64,000 nucleotides of DNA, from the NCBI RefSeq assembly GCF_001194135.2, contig NC_068988.1, forward strand, positions 83,923,293 to 83,987,292. Reading direction: 5' to 3'. Position numbers and translations under genes: made by a program. Of this stretch, positions 49,860 to 60,496 are shown one piece after another. Under the pieces are notes generated by a model, which was given only the letters and a program-made list of their open reading frames with translations, had not been told where the DNA came from and searched no databases. The first letter of the stretch is position 1, and the number at the start of each line of letters is the position of its first letter. The DNA is from Octopus bimaculoides. Its lineage: Eukaryota.

Positions 49860-49950
49860 TAAGAAATCTCGACGAGATTTTAGTGAGAGTTCGTCTAGGT
49901 AACCGAAGTACCTGACGTCACTTCCTGTATCTAGTGAGACTACGTCACTG
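49860..49950 (-). promoter_or_regulatory. COX5B proximal promoter region
   Basis: CpG-rich patch 25-115 nt upstream of the ATG: palindrome AAATCTCG-A-CGAGATTT (49864-49880), full CRE TGACGTCA (49913-49920) overlapping ETS core ACTTCCTG (49920-49927), half-CRE ACGTCA (49942-49947). Confidence 0.6.
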
Positions 49951-51380
49951 GATCACCTTTCCCCTCCTTTCTGTAAACAATTTCAATGACAACGTGAGCC
50001 TGTCATTGGAGACTTCACACGGTCGATCAGTTTGCTTGAAATAGCAGCCAAATTCCTCTAGTCATTATGGTCACGACTGGAAATGCCTTTGAACATGGGT
50101 TTGCTCAGTTAGGGCTGATACTGGGCTAAATGGCAATCATAACTGCACAAACAAGGGAGCTCAATCAACTAGAAATAGCTCCTAAATTTCCCTCAAATTC
50201 ACAGGTCTTTAAAAAAAAATGGAATGGTTACGGTTGTGTTGTCTTGGATCATGGGTTTGCTGAGTCAGGACGGGTTGATCTAGAACTAAGCAATAACCTC
50301 CAACGGAATCTACGTCCTCGATCAAACTGCAAAAAATAGCAGTCATATCTCCCTCAAATGGTTCTCAAAAAAGACAATGAAAAGACAAACTGAATAATGT
50401 GATTTTACATTATGCTTGGTAAAAACAGCACGGTCTTGACCGCAATATTTTTAGACCATCGGCTAAACGGCAACAACCACAGTGACCTCTCACTCTACAA
50501 CTATATTATCACGAGTGATAAGGGCCCGGTAGTAACATTTAACCCGGCCACATCTGACCCATCTACCTGTTTTATGTTGGAACTGACCAGACCTGATCCC
50601 TCACGCGTATTTCACAATGCCATTCTATAAATAAACAATCACATCATGGAAATCTCAAAGCCACACGATGATACGTGAATATTTCAAAATAATATGAATA
50701 AATATTTCATTTGATAGAATAATCTGAATGCTAAAGGGTTAAACTACATTCGCTCCTGCAGTTTAATAAAGCCAAAATATGTCTATGCTGACAAAGGTCA
50801 AATTCACTCTCCACTCCATTCTATTTTTAACAGAATTAAATTTCGAGTTGTTTTTTCTGCTTTTCAGCAAGATAAAAATTTTCAAAATCACTACCAGTAA
50901 TTAATTTTAATACATTAACCCTTTCACTGCGAAATTAAATTTCATGGTTATTCCAGTAATTACGCTAAATATCTACCAAAAAATTGGTACTTCAACAAAA
51001 AATAGTTTTAAACATGACGTTTCTTAACAAAAGATACATCGGTGTATGAAACTGCTTTCTGCAGTTAAGGATAATGACATTTTGAGTGGATATATCTGAT
51101 TTCCGTAATAAAAGGGTTACATCAAATACCCTAGCTCCCACTCTACAATTAATCACATATCGGTATGGAGACTATTGGTGTAGTTTAGTGTGTGTGTGAT
51201 AGCAGAACCGAGGGGAATTGTCTTAGTGGTCAAGAAACTACAGCCAATCAAGAAACTACAGCCAAATCACAACTATTACAACGGACAAAAATAACAACCG
51301 AATATTACACAAACCTATCATAGATCCCAACTTATTAATGATTAAATATTAAGTAAAGACAAATTCATAAAAGTAATATT

Positions 51381-51575
51381 AGTTTCAAATTTTGGCACAA
51401 GGCCGGCAATTTCGAGGCTGGGATAAGTCGATTACAGTAACTCCAGTGCTCAACTGGTACTTATTTTATCGACCCCGAAAGGATGAAAGGCGGAATTTCA
51501 ACTCAGAACGTAAAGACGGACGAAATGCTTAGCATTTTGTCCTGCATGCTAATGATTCAGCCTACTTGCCGCCTT
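51381..51575 (-). mobile_element. SINE family B copy with 18-bp TSD (2 mismatches)
   Basis: ATTCATAAAAGTAATATT (51363-51380) / ATTCACAAAAATAATATT (51576-51593). Confidence 0.85.
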
Positions 51576-52534
51576 ATTCACAAAAATAATATTTCAATGA
51601 GGAAATATAACATCAAAACAACCACGTAGTTGTCTCCCGTTCTTGCTACATCTGTTGAAATAATATTGTTAAAATGATTTAATTATTGGAATTTTTTTCG
51701 TGAGTGTGCTCCCTATATTGAATCTGTTGATACTAACGTAACTGCACAAGTGAATGGCATTCCCGAGTAACCAATCTCAGTGATTTACTTTTTAGANNNN
51801 NNNNNNNNNNNNNNNNNNNNNNNNNNNNNNNNNNNNNNNNNNNNNNNNNNNNNNNNNNNNNNNNNNNNNNNNNNNNNNNNNNNNNNNNNNNNNNNNNNNN
51901 NNNNNNNNNNNNNNNNNNNNNNNNNNNNNNNNNNNNNNNNNNNNNNNNNNNNNNNNNNNNNNNNNNNNNNNNNNNNNNNNNNNNNNNNNNNNNNNNNNNN
52001 NNNNNNNNNNNNNNNNNNNNNNNNNNNNNNNNNNNNNNNNNNNNNNNNNNNNNNNNNNNNNNNNNNNNNNNNNNNNNNNNNNNNNNNNNNNNNNNNNNNN
52101 NNNNNNNNNNNNNNNNNNNNNNNNNNNNNNNNNNNNNNNNNNNNNNNNNNNNNNNNNNNNNNNNNNNNNNNNNNNNNNNNNNNNNNNNNNNNNNNNNNNN
52201 NNNNNNNNNNNNNNNNNNNNNNNNNNNNNNNNNNNNNNNNNNNNNNNNNNNNNNNNNNNNNNNNNNNNNNNNNNNNNNNNNNNNNNNNNNNNNNNNNNNN
52301 NNNNNNNNNNNNNNNNNNNNNNNNNNNNNNNNNNNNNNNNNNNNNNNNNNNNNNNNNNNNNNNNNNNNNNNNNNNNNNNNNNNNNNNNNNNNNNNNNNNN
52401 NNNNNNNNNNNNNNNNNNNNNNNNNNNNNNNNNNNNNNNNNNNNNNNNNNNNNNNNNNNNNNNNNNNNNNNNNNNNNNNNNNNNNNNNNNNNNNNNNNNN
52501 NNNNNNNNNNNNNNNNNNNNNNNNNNNNNNNNTC

Positions 52535-52715
52535 TACACCCTTTGAAAAGTATTTGTAGAAAATTTCATTAAAAAGGTACCCATTTTTCTGAAAGTTATA
52601 GGGAAACAAAGCCGACTCGAAATCTATACCATCTGAAGCGTATTTGTACAAAATTTCATTAAAAAATACCAATTTTTCTGCATGTTATAAAGAAACAAAG
52701 TCGTTGAGGGCGCAC
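52535..52715. repeat. About 91-bp tandem repeat abutting an assembly gap
   Basis: Two units sharing GTATTTGTA.AAAATTTCATTAAAAA..TACC.ATTTTTCTG..GTTATA..GAAACAAAG. Confidence 0.75.
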
Positions 52716-53282
52716 TTGTGAGATCTTTCTGATTTGGCGGACACCATTTTTTATTTAGTTTTTATTTAGTGTGTTTTCTACCGAAACACCAGAAACATCC
52801 CACTTGTGTAGGTATGCTCTATATTAAAGTGTTCATTTATAACAATTTTTATACCGCTACTTTTCATTCTCACTACAACTACTGTATGGGTTGTTTACTT
52901 TTGAACCACTCGCACAGGAATTTCAAAGATATTGCTATGTTCCGGTTTACTGTATACGCCACTTATCTCTATAATATACTGAAGAGATAAGTAAAGCACT
53001 TGCCTCCCCATTGCATTCATTGTATGAGTGAGAGAGAAAGAGTACAAAGAAAAATTGTACACATCTCTCTATTTTAATATTAAGTTTTCAAAGAATAAAG
53101 TATGCCTCGAGAGTGTCATTGATTACTAAGGAATTTGCTTAATTTATTGTCGATTAAATATGTCTATTGACTCATTAATTACTTCTGTCACACAACAGTC
53201 AACAGTTATCTGTTTCTGGGCCATCGCTATCTCCATAGAGACATTCATTGCTAGTGACAGTTATCGCAGGACAGATTAAATA

Positions 53283-54107
53283 CAGGGCGTTCAGGTTAAA
53301 TTTGACAGTTTGCATATAAAGAAACGAAAACACAATATCTTGTCCAAAGATAAAAGTATTTTTAAAAAATCGAGATAACAGTTTATTCAAAGTAGCCGCC
53401 CTCAGGTTCCACCATGACCTCAAGACGGCTCCAAAATATGGCTTACTATATCACTGGAAAGACCTTTGAATACCTCCTTGATCTTGGTAACCAGCTCGGC
53501 CTTAGTATTGCAGGCAGGTCGGTTGGTGTCTTTCTCAACCGTGCCCCACACATAGTCATCCATGGGATTACAATCGGGAGAAATAGGTGACCAGAAATTG
53601 GGGCTGGTGAAATCGTAGAAATTCTCCGACAACCGCTTCTGATTCTTTCTGGAAGTATGGCAAAAAGCTGCCTTCTAGCAGCGCCCTCTCCAACCAAGGA
53701 TTGACCATAGTCACCAGCAGCTTCTCGTAGCTGTCTAAGGTCCTGTTCAAATATGTATGGACGAATTCCGGAGTGCAGGTGCAATCAGAATGCCTGCTGT
53801 GTCCCTTCCTGCTGGTCACGGGTTCGTAGTCTCCATTCCAACTGTTCATGTCACGTCTTGCAGCCTTTACAGCGTTCACAGAGCGTTGAACAGCAGTCAC
53901 GATGTCGGCATTTTGATACCTGACTCGAATCATCATAATATAGGTAACTCTTTTCCAGTATTCAGATGGCTTCCAGCCCTCCATATCAGCTAACTTTTTT
54001 TCAACTACAACTTTAATTTTTATGCACTCCAACACCGTCACCAATACATTAAGCTGTTCCTGAAAAAAGGAGACATTAAAAAATCGTTTAATTAAGCCCG
54101 AACACTG
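53283..54107 (-). mobile_element. Tc1/mariner (maT/DD37D-like) internally deleted transposon
   Basis: ENFYDFTSPNFWSPISPDCNPMDDYVWGTVEK..NTKAEL; HTH-like N-terminal region; degenerate TIRs cagggcgttcagg / cccgaacactg; TA at the left end. Confidence 0.8.
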
Positions 54108-54805
54108 TTAGTACCAACTGAACCCTGGGGTTCGATGTAATCGACTAGCCCCTACACCTAAAATTTTAGCACAAATCTTGTGCTAAAATCTGAAATCATT
54201 AATAATACCACTTTTTTTTTTTGTCCTGATTATTTTTTCCACTCTTACAGTAACACATGACGGTGTCACTCATATATCCAGTCGTTTAAGTTGTCCTTGT
54301 TGGGGTAAATAACTTACTCGCATTCATCCACTAGTTCCACCAATAGCTGTATTATGACTAACATATTCAGTAATCAGTTGTAATAACTAGTTGAGAAACA
54401 ATTATCTCCAGCAATGTTTATTGATAACACTCAACATTTTATAGATCATATTTGCCGGCGTATAAGATGCACCCTCGCATAAGAGGCACTCCTATTTTAC
54501 AAGTGTGTTTTGTGGGGAAAAAAAAAAAAAACAAATTTAGTATGCTTCATCATACATTTATTGAAAGATATTTTTATCCTATATCTGTTTGTGCTGCTTG
54601 CACGAATTTCTGTGACTCTCCGTCGCCATTGAATTCTACCCGTGCAACGAGCGATTTAGTATGAATTTGAACTGGGATCTTGAGTCATAATGAATCTTTC
54701 ATGAACTAATTACACAACCATGGATGCCACCCCTACAGATGCGTTGCAGTTACTCTCTTAATAGAGCTTAGTGATCCTGATCGTTGATCTTCTAGAATTT
54801 TTCTG

Positions 54806-56859
54806 CTAGAATGTTGGCTCAGTTGAGCTCTTCTGATGCCTCTTCACAATCCTCCCTACTGCAGTCCCATGACTTCGCTGTATTCCTGGCAGGGTGGTTG
54901 AACAAGTACTATACCTTGCTAAAGGGTAGTCTGTAACAATTTAAGGAACGGTCGTCACTCCGTGAGGTATTTTCTGAGAAACTGCATACTCATTGACTGG
55001 TATTCATGGGTAATATACTTTAAAGTGGTTTTGTAGGATGTAAACATTGTATTTCTGGCTGTGATGTTTTATATAATCGCAATCAGCTAGTAGGGTGACT
55101 CACCATCGCTATGGTTTTGTCGTCTTCCACTGATTGCAAATACCTGACAGGTAGATGAAATTTTGTTAACATTAGAACTTTTCATTTAAACAATTAAAAA
55201 ATCTTTCTTAAAGGTAATAGATCCATTAAATAATGTAACACAGATGGGATATATGCTGGGGAAGGAGGTATAACGAGATGATGTGACTTCCCCACATAAC
55301 TGCCAAGTTTTCCTAGTTGTACTAACAGGGTAAGATATTTTGGCCAAGTTTTCCTAGTTTGTACTAACAGGGTAAGATATTTTGGCTTGTTTTCAATATT
55401 TTATTACTAATAACAATTATTGTACATAGGGGACTTATGTTTATGCGGCTCCATAGGATTACAAAATTCATTTCAATAGATTCTTAACTGAAACGTCCGG
55501 TAATTTCAAAATTAAACTGCCAGAAACAAGTTGTAGTAACGCCTTGTCTCGTGCGCATGCGTAGTCATCAATATCCAAGTTTAGCGCCCTGATTCTTTCT
55601 CTTTCCCGGCCGGCCGGCCATGAGCATGGTCATGTCAAGCTGTCTCTCCAGCATTCCAACTCTGGGGACAGCTCACAACAGCATTCCGGCGTCTCAGCAA
55701 CCAAGATTTAAGCTGCCTATTTCCTCCATAAATGAACATTGTTGTGTTGATAGTTCAGAGTTCTGCGTTCCGTTATTATTTAGAATTTAATATAGGAAAG
55801 CGGGTGTACACCTAATGGTGTATAACCACTTTCCTATAAAGTTTTTGTTTAGCTTTTAAATGCTTAATTTATTTTCTTGCTTCTATTTTGTAAAATTGAA
55901 ATTGATCTTACTAGTAATGTTAGCCTATTCAACAGGCCACCCGGACGTCGTGACTTAAATTTTTCTTTCACCGTCGTTCATTCAAGCTTTGTGAGGGGTG
56001 TGAGCAGGAGCAGAAGATGGGATTATAATCTTTGAAAATATTTTTCATTTAAATAATTTTTTTCTTCCGCGTAGCACATTCTAGAAAATATAGATATAAT
56101 GAGCATTTGTCCACATCCTGTTATTTTACTTCTGAGATAATATGTATACCTTTCTGTTTTCCCGAGGCCTGAGGGGCTTTAAAGAGCGAAGCTTAGTTCC
56201 AGTTTCATTTCTTAGAATATGGAGTTAGGATCAAAGTGATATGAAGATAATACCCTCCTGGTATTTTTTCCAATCGACAATTAAGTGAATTAAGACAGAA
56301 TAAAGAGAATTGACATAGAGCTACTAGGATTAAAGATAAATGTCCTATTTGATAGAATGTCAATCTAACGTTCTTATTGAGAGCTATATAGACTGACGCA
56401 ATGTAAAACATTTTGTCCTACATACATTATAATGTGAAATCCATCATAGGGTGCCCGTCTATTAGAGGTAACATTGCCATAGTAAAGTGTTAAATCAGAT
56501 TCACAATATGACATATGTATGAGATCCGAGCTCGTAACCTACAAATAGATATGTTAATGCCTTGTAAACTAGTCATTATGTATATAAAAGTGTATGGACA
56601 CACTAATAGGCACTTTCAAGATAATAATCCTTTAATTCTTGTTCAATGTAGTTGTAAAAATAAACTTGTTTTGAAGATATGAAACCTCGTGTGATCTATC
56701 CTAAAATTATGGACCATTCTAACTTCAATTCCTATGGCGGTCATCTTAATCGTTCAGCCTATATGTACCTGTCAAATACTGAACTCGATATAATCGACTG
56801 TTCTGACTTCACAAAATTTGAGGCTTTGTGTTTTTGTTTGCTATGTTCAAAATCGTTAG
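54806..56859 (-). CDS. Candidate 3' exons of an unrecognised gene (56769-56840 or -56859, 56150-56210, 55104-55143, 54806-54930)
   Basis: Four AG/GT-bounded segments, three of them locally GC-elevated, join in frame: ..KQKHKASNFVKSEQSIISSSVFDRNETGTKLRSLKPLRPRENRKVFAISGRRQNHSDDYPLARYSTCSTTLPGIQRSHGTAVGRIVKRHQKSSTEPTF*. No family recognised. Confidence 0.4.
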
Positions 56860-57140
56860 CTGACAGAATCATTAGCTTGCCAGACAAAATGCTTAGCAGC
56901 ATTTCTACCGGCTTTACGTTCTGAGTTCAAATTTCGCCAAGGCCGATTTTAGCTTTCATTATTTTTGGGTCGAGAATTTGTTGATACGCCGGGCGAAATG
57001 CTTAGCAGTATTCCGTCTCTGTGAAGTTATTGCGTGAGTCTATGTTGAAGTGTTTATCGAATTGTTGCCATTGTTATTGATTTGAATTGTTGCTAAAGTT
57101 GCTAATTCGTTAATTGTTGTTTTGTTTCCCATTGTGGAAA

Positions 57141-58070
57141 ATGGAGAAGGCGCCGGAGGCTGGCCCAAGTTATGCGGCCGCAACGAGCAAAGGGGTAGAC
57201 GTGCAAGAGTTGGAGGTCTGCGAAATAAAAGTGGAGCCTAGAAAGATGAAGGAGAGTGAAAAACTAATCCCTAAGGAAGGTAATATTCTGAAGCTAACGC
57301 CACCTGAAGATTTATCGGCCGGCGTGTTAAAAAGAACGGTAACATTTAAAACCATGAAGGTAGCCACAAGAAAAATAGAGATTGCGCCGATAGAAGCCAT
57401 AGAGGAATGTATAAAGGAATTGAAAAGATTTACAACATACGTTACGAGAGAGAGGAAATACGCCACTGTGGAGGTGCGCTTCACGACGGAGGAAGAAGCA
57501 ATAAAGTACACCACAGAGGCAATAAGGACAGAGGAATGGGTGCTCTTGCCTTCGTACTGCGGCAAACGTGTGGCCAAGGTGCGAGTGGATAAAGTACCAC
57601 CCGAATTGAAAGAAGAATGGCTGATGACAGCCATAATATATAATATGAAAGACGGGAAGATTCTGAAGGCTACAAGGACCCAGAAGGTGAACTACTGTGG
57701 ATATGGTATCGAATTAACGATTCAGGCAACAACGGAGGACTTGAATAGTGTAGTGGATGAGATTGTGCTGCCGGAAGATATGAGACTGAGAGTTACTGTG
57801 GAGGGTAGGCTGCCAGTGTGTTTCACATGTGGAGAAAGGGGCCACATGAAGGCATGGTGCACCCAAAGAAAGCCACAAACAGAACAAGAGGAGAGACATG
57901 AGAGTGTGGACCATGTAGTACAGGACAAGGCAACAGAAAAAGAAACGGAGAAAGGATTCACTGTGGTTAAAAAGAAAAGAAGGAGGAGCGGAGGAGTGAG
58001 TTCTCCGCCAGAGAATCAGAAAAAAAAAGAGAGAAGAGGTGAGAAAAGAAACTGTGAAGGAGGGCAGTAG
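57141..58070 (+). CDS. Gag-like / ORF1 nucleic-acid-binding protein, 309 aa, with CCHC zinc knuckle
   Basis: Uninterrupted ORF from AAAATGG; CFTCGERGHMKAWC (CX2CX4HX4C, 57819-57860) preceded by LRVTVEGRLPV; RRM-like segments; basic KKKRRR C-terminal cluster. Confidence 0.8.
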   Translation: MEKAPEAGPSYAAATSKGVDVQELEVCEIKVEPRKMKESEKLIPKEGNILKLTPPEDLSAGVLKRTVTFKTMKVATRKIEIAPIEAIEECIKELKRFTTYVTRERKYATVEVRFTTEEEAIKYTTEAIRTEEWVLLPSYCGKRVAKVRVDKVPPELKEEWLMTAIIYNMKDGKILKATRTQKVNYCGYGIELTIQATTEDLNSVVDEIVLPEDMRLRVTVEGRLPVCFTCGERGHMKAWCTQRKPQTEQEERHESVDHVVQDKATEKETEKGFTVVKKKRRRSGGVSSPPENQKKKERRGEKRNCEGGQ

Positions 58071-58096
58071 GAAGGAAAAAGAAAGTAGAGTTACCA

Positions 58097-58498
58097 GTGG
58101 AGAAAGTGTCGGAAACTCAACTGTGTGAAGGTGAGATGGAGAGACTATTTATGGAGGAAGAAAAGAGAGAACCAAAAGTCCAAGACAAAAGAAAGAAGAT
58201 ACGAGGAAGAGATGGAGTGTGGTATTATGTGACGTACCCAAAAAATGTTGAAACGGAGAAAAAAAAAAAAATCAAGTTTCATTCAATAGTAAGAGTGAAG
58301 GTGCCTTCATACGTCTACGCAGAGGACATGAAAGCAATATTGATTGAAGAGGAGAGCTACAGAAGGTTGAAGGAGATGTGTGAAGATAACATTGACCCGC
58401 CGGGAGTGGAGGTGGAATTTGAAGAGTTGCCGCTGGTGGTGGATTTGAGAGATGTCGAACCACTGATGAAGTTCTACAAAAGACAAAAAAAAGTATGA
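58097..58498 (+). CDS. Second ORF of the Gag-only element (133 aa; -1 frame, open from 58058), unknown function
   Basis: ORF track plus manual check of stops; no EN or RT motifs visible. Confidence 0.5.
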   Translation: MEKVSETQLCEGEMERLFMEEEKREPKVQDKRKKIRGRDGVWYYVTYPKNVETEKKKKIKFHSIVRVKVPSYVYAEDMKAILIEEESYRRLKEMCEDNIDPPGVEVEFEELPLVVDLRDVEPLMKFYKRQKKV

Positions 58499-59251
58499 AA
58501 TTAAAGGGGGGGGGAGAATAGTTGTAAATAATACATATAACGGTTCAAATGGGGCCCATGCGTCCATTTTCATTTTTATATAACTTTCATTTCATTTACA
58601 TTCGTTTTATATCTTTTGTCCTCATTGTGGTCTTGTCTGTCCTTGTGGTGTCCCCATCTATGTTTAGGGCTTTATGCCTAATAAAGAAATCGGTATTTCG
58701 TCTGTCTTCGTGTTCTGAGTTCAAATTCCGTCAAGGTCGACTTTGCTTTCATCTTTTCGGAGTCGATAAAATAAATACCTGTTGAGTACTGGGATCGATA
58801 TAATCGACTATCTCCCTCCCGCAAATTTCAGACTTTGTGACTATAGCAGAAAGGATTATCATTATTATCAAGGCAAAGAAATAGCGCAATTGGTAGGGTA
58901 CTAAATAAAATCTTACAGATTTGAGTTACGTCCCTTTACGACCTTAATTCAAATCTTGCTATGGTCGACTTTGCTTTCTTTATTCTAAACTCGTTATATT
59001 AATAATAGCCCAGCATTGATACTACAAAATATTACCTGATATTTCACTGATTCTAATAATTTAATACCTTTCAACTTTATAATACTAACGATATCTGTTT
59101 TATCACGCAGTTTCTCTGTTACCAAATATAAATGCAGATACTTCAGAGTTACTTCCCTTTTATTCCATTTTGTCGGTCGGTATCACAATTTTCTTTTTTC
59201 TTTTTGACATCTCTCTATTATACGGACAACGTGACAACGTGTGCTTATGTA

Positions 59252-60496
59252 TAGTGTTGCCAACTTAAAATCACAATTTACATTTTTACTTATATTCCTT
59301 AATTACATTCACCATTGAGAAATAATTTCTTTAATTTCACTGATTTTTTTCACGTTCAGCTGCAGTTTTTGGGTGTCTTTATAATCTATAACTTCTAACC
59401 AGATTGCTTCAGCATAAGATTTATTTGTTCATTTAGCTTTTAATTAAGTTGAATTTAATTTAAAGAAATTTTCTCTTCATTTAAATACATTGCTTTTAAG
59501 ACAGGAAAAATTGGCCCACTTAAATGTCTCAAAGTATTCTATACAGAAAGACATTTGATATTCCTTGGTATAGTGAAGTTTCTAAAGTCTTTCTCTCGAG
59601 CCTGTGGCCTAAATTTGGTTTAGGATTAAGAAGTTTTTTTAATATAAGCATCAGGATCAAGTGGATCAATTATACATCTTTTATCTTTTACTTGTTTCAG
59701 TCATTACACTACAACCACGGTGGGATGCCGCCTTGAAGAAATTTAGGCGAATGAACGGACTCCAGTACATTTTCTTAAAAGTGGAATTTATTTCGTCGGT
59801 CTTTTTTGCTAAAACGCGAGGTTACGGGCGTAAACACACCAATATATTGGTTGTCAAGTGTGTGTGTGTGACGATCCTCTTTTAGTTTCCGTCTACAAAA
59901 TCCGCTCACAATGCATTAGTTGGCCCGAGGCTATAGTAGAAGACACTCGCCCAAGGTGCCACGCAGTGAGACTGAACCCAGGACCACTTAGTTGGGAAGC
60001 AAATTATTACCACACAGCCACAATACTATCATATTAACAATAGATTTGATCAAATTCGAAAGATCTTCAAGTAATTTTGCTTTGTCAACAGTTTAGTCAC
60101 TTCCAGGACGGGCAAAAATTAAAGGAAAAGTTCATTCCTAGAATCAGAAAACATCTGGTGTAGTGATTGAGCACTTTTCTTTTGTACTTGTTGTTTGGCA
60201 GCGAAATTGTAGTTCAAATTATTCGCTTAAAATCTAGATGCACAGCAATTCACAACCTTATCATTGATAGCAAGGTAAAGCTGCTTGTAGGCTCTTTGAA
60301 AGAACGTTTTATAGGTTTCGGATTCTAAAAGTTCTAAGCTTGTGGGCAGGTATTTAGTACAAGTGTAGAATACTGCCAGCTGTAAAGAGTGGCATATACA
60401 TCTAAACAGACGTAACGATAGAACTTGCTCTTCTACTTTCTGGAAAATGACTCCTACTTTACATTGATGTTGTCGGTTCCAGCAGATTTTTTTCAA
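59252..60496 (-). mobile_element. hAT transposase remnant interrupted by a SINE (about 59690-60025)
   Basis: LFRCICHSLQLAV..LPTSLELLESETY (CxxH motif), PKPNLGH, WLEVIDYKD; TIR-like TAGTGTTGCCAAC at 59252. Confidence 0.65.

Larger units (their letters stand above)
57019..58690 (+). mobile_element. ORF1/Gag-only retroelement (L1/Tx1-type ORF1, no RT) inserted in a SINE
   Basis: Bounded by CAGTATTCCGTCT (57006-57018) and CGGTATTTCGTCT (58691-58703); the flanks rejoin into one continuous SINE; AATAAA at 58680-58685 then an A-rich end. Confidence 0.7.

Noticed and set aside
54318-54346. 29-nt minus-strand segment with a strong GTAAGT donor (LLVELVDEC)
   Set aside because: Weak acceptor, phase incompatible with the preferred exon chain, and no downstream partner exon found.
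55302-55384. 41/42-bp tandem duplication containing TACTAACAG-G-GTAAG (branch point, acceptor, donor)
   Set aside because: No plus-strand gene context was found. Most simply a local slippage duplication.
57170-57634. Antisense ORFs (154 aa and others) over the Gag-like ORF
   Set aside because: Shadow frames of a purine-rich coding strand; no independent signal.
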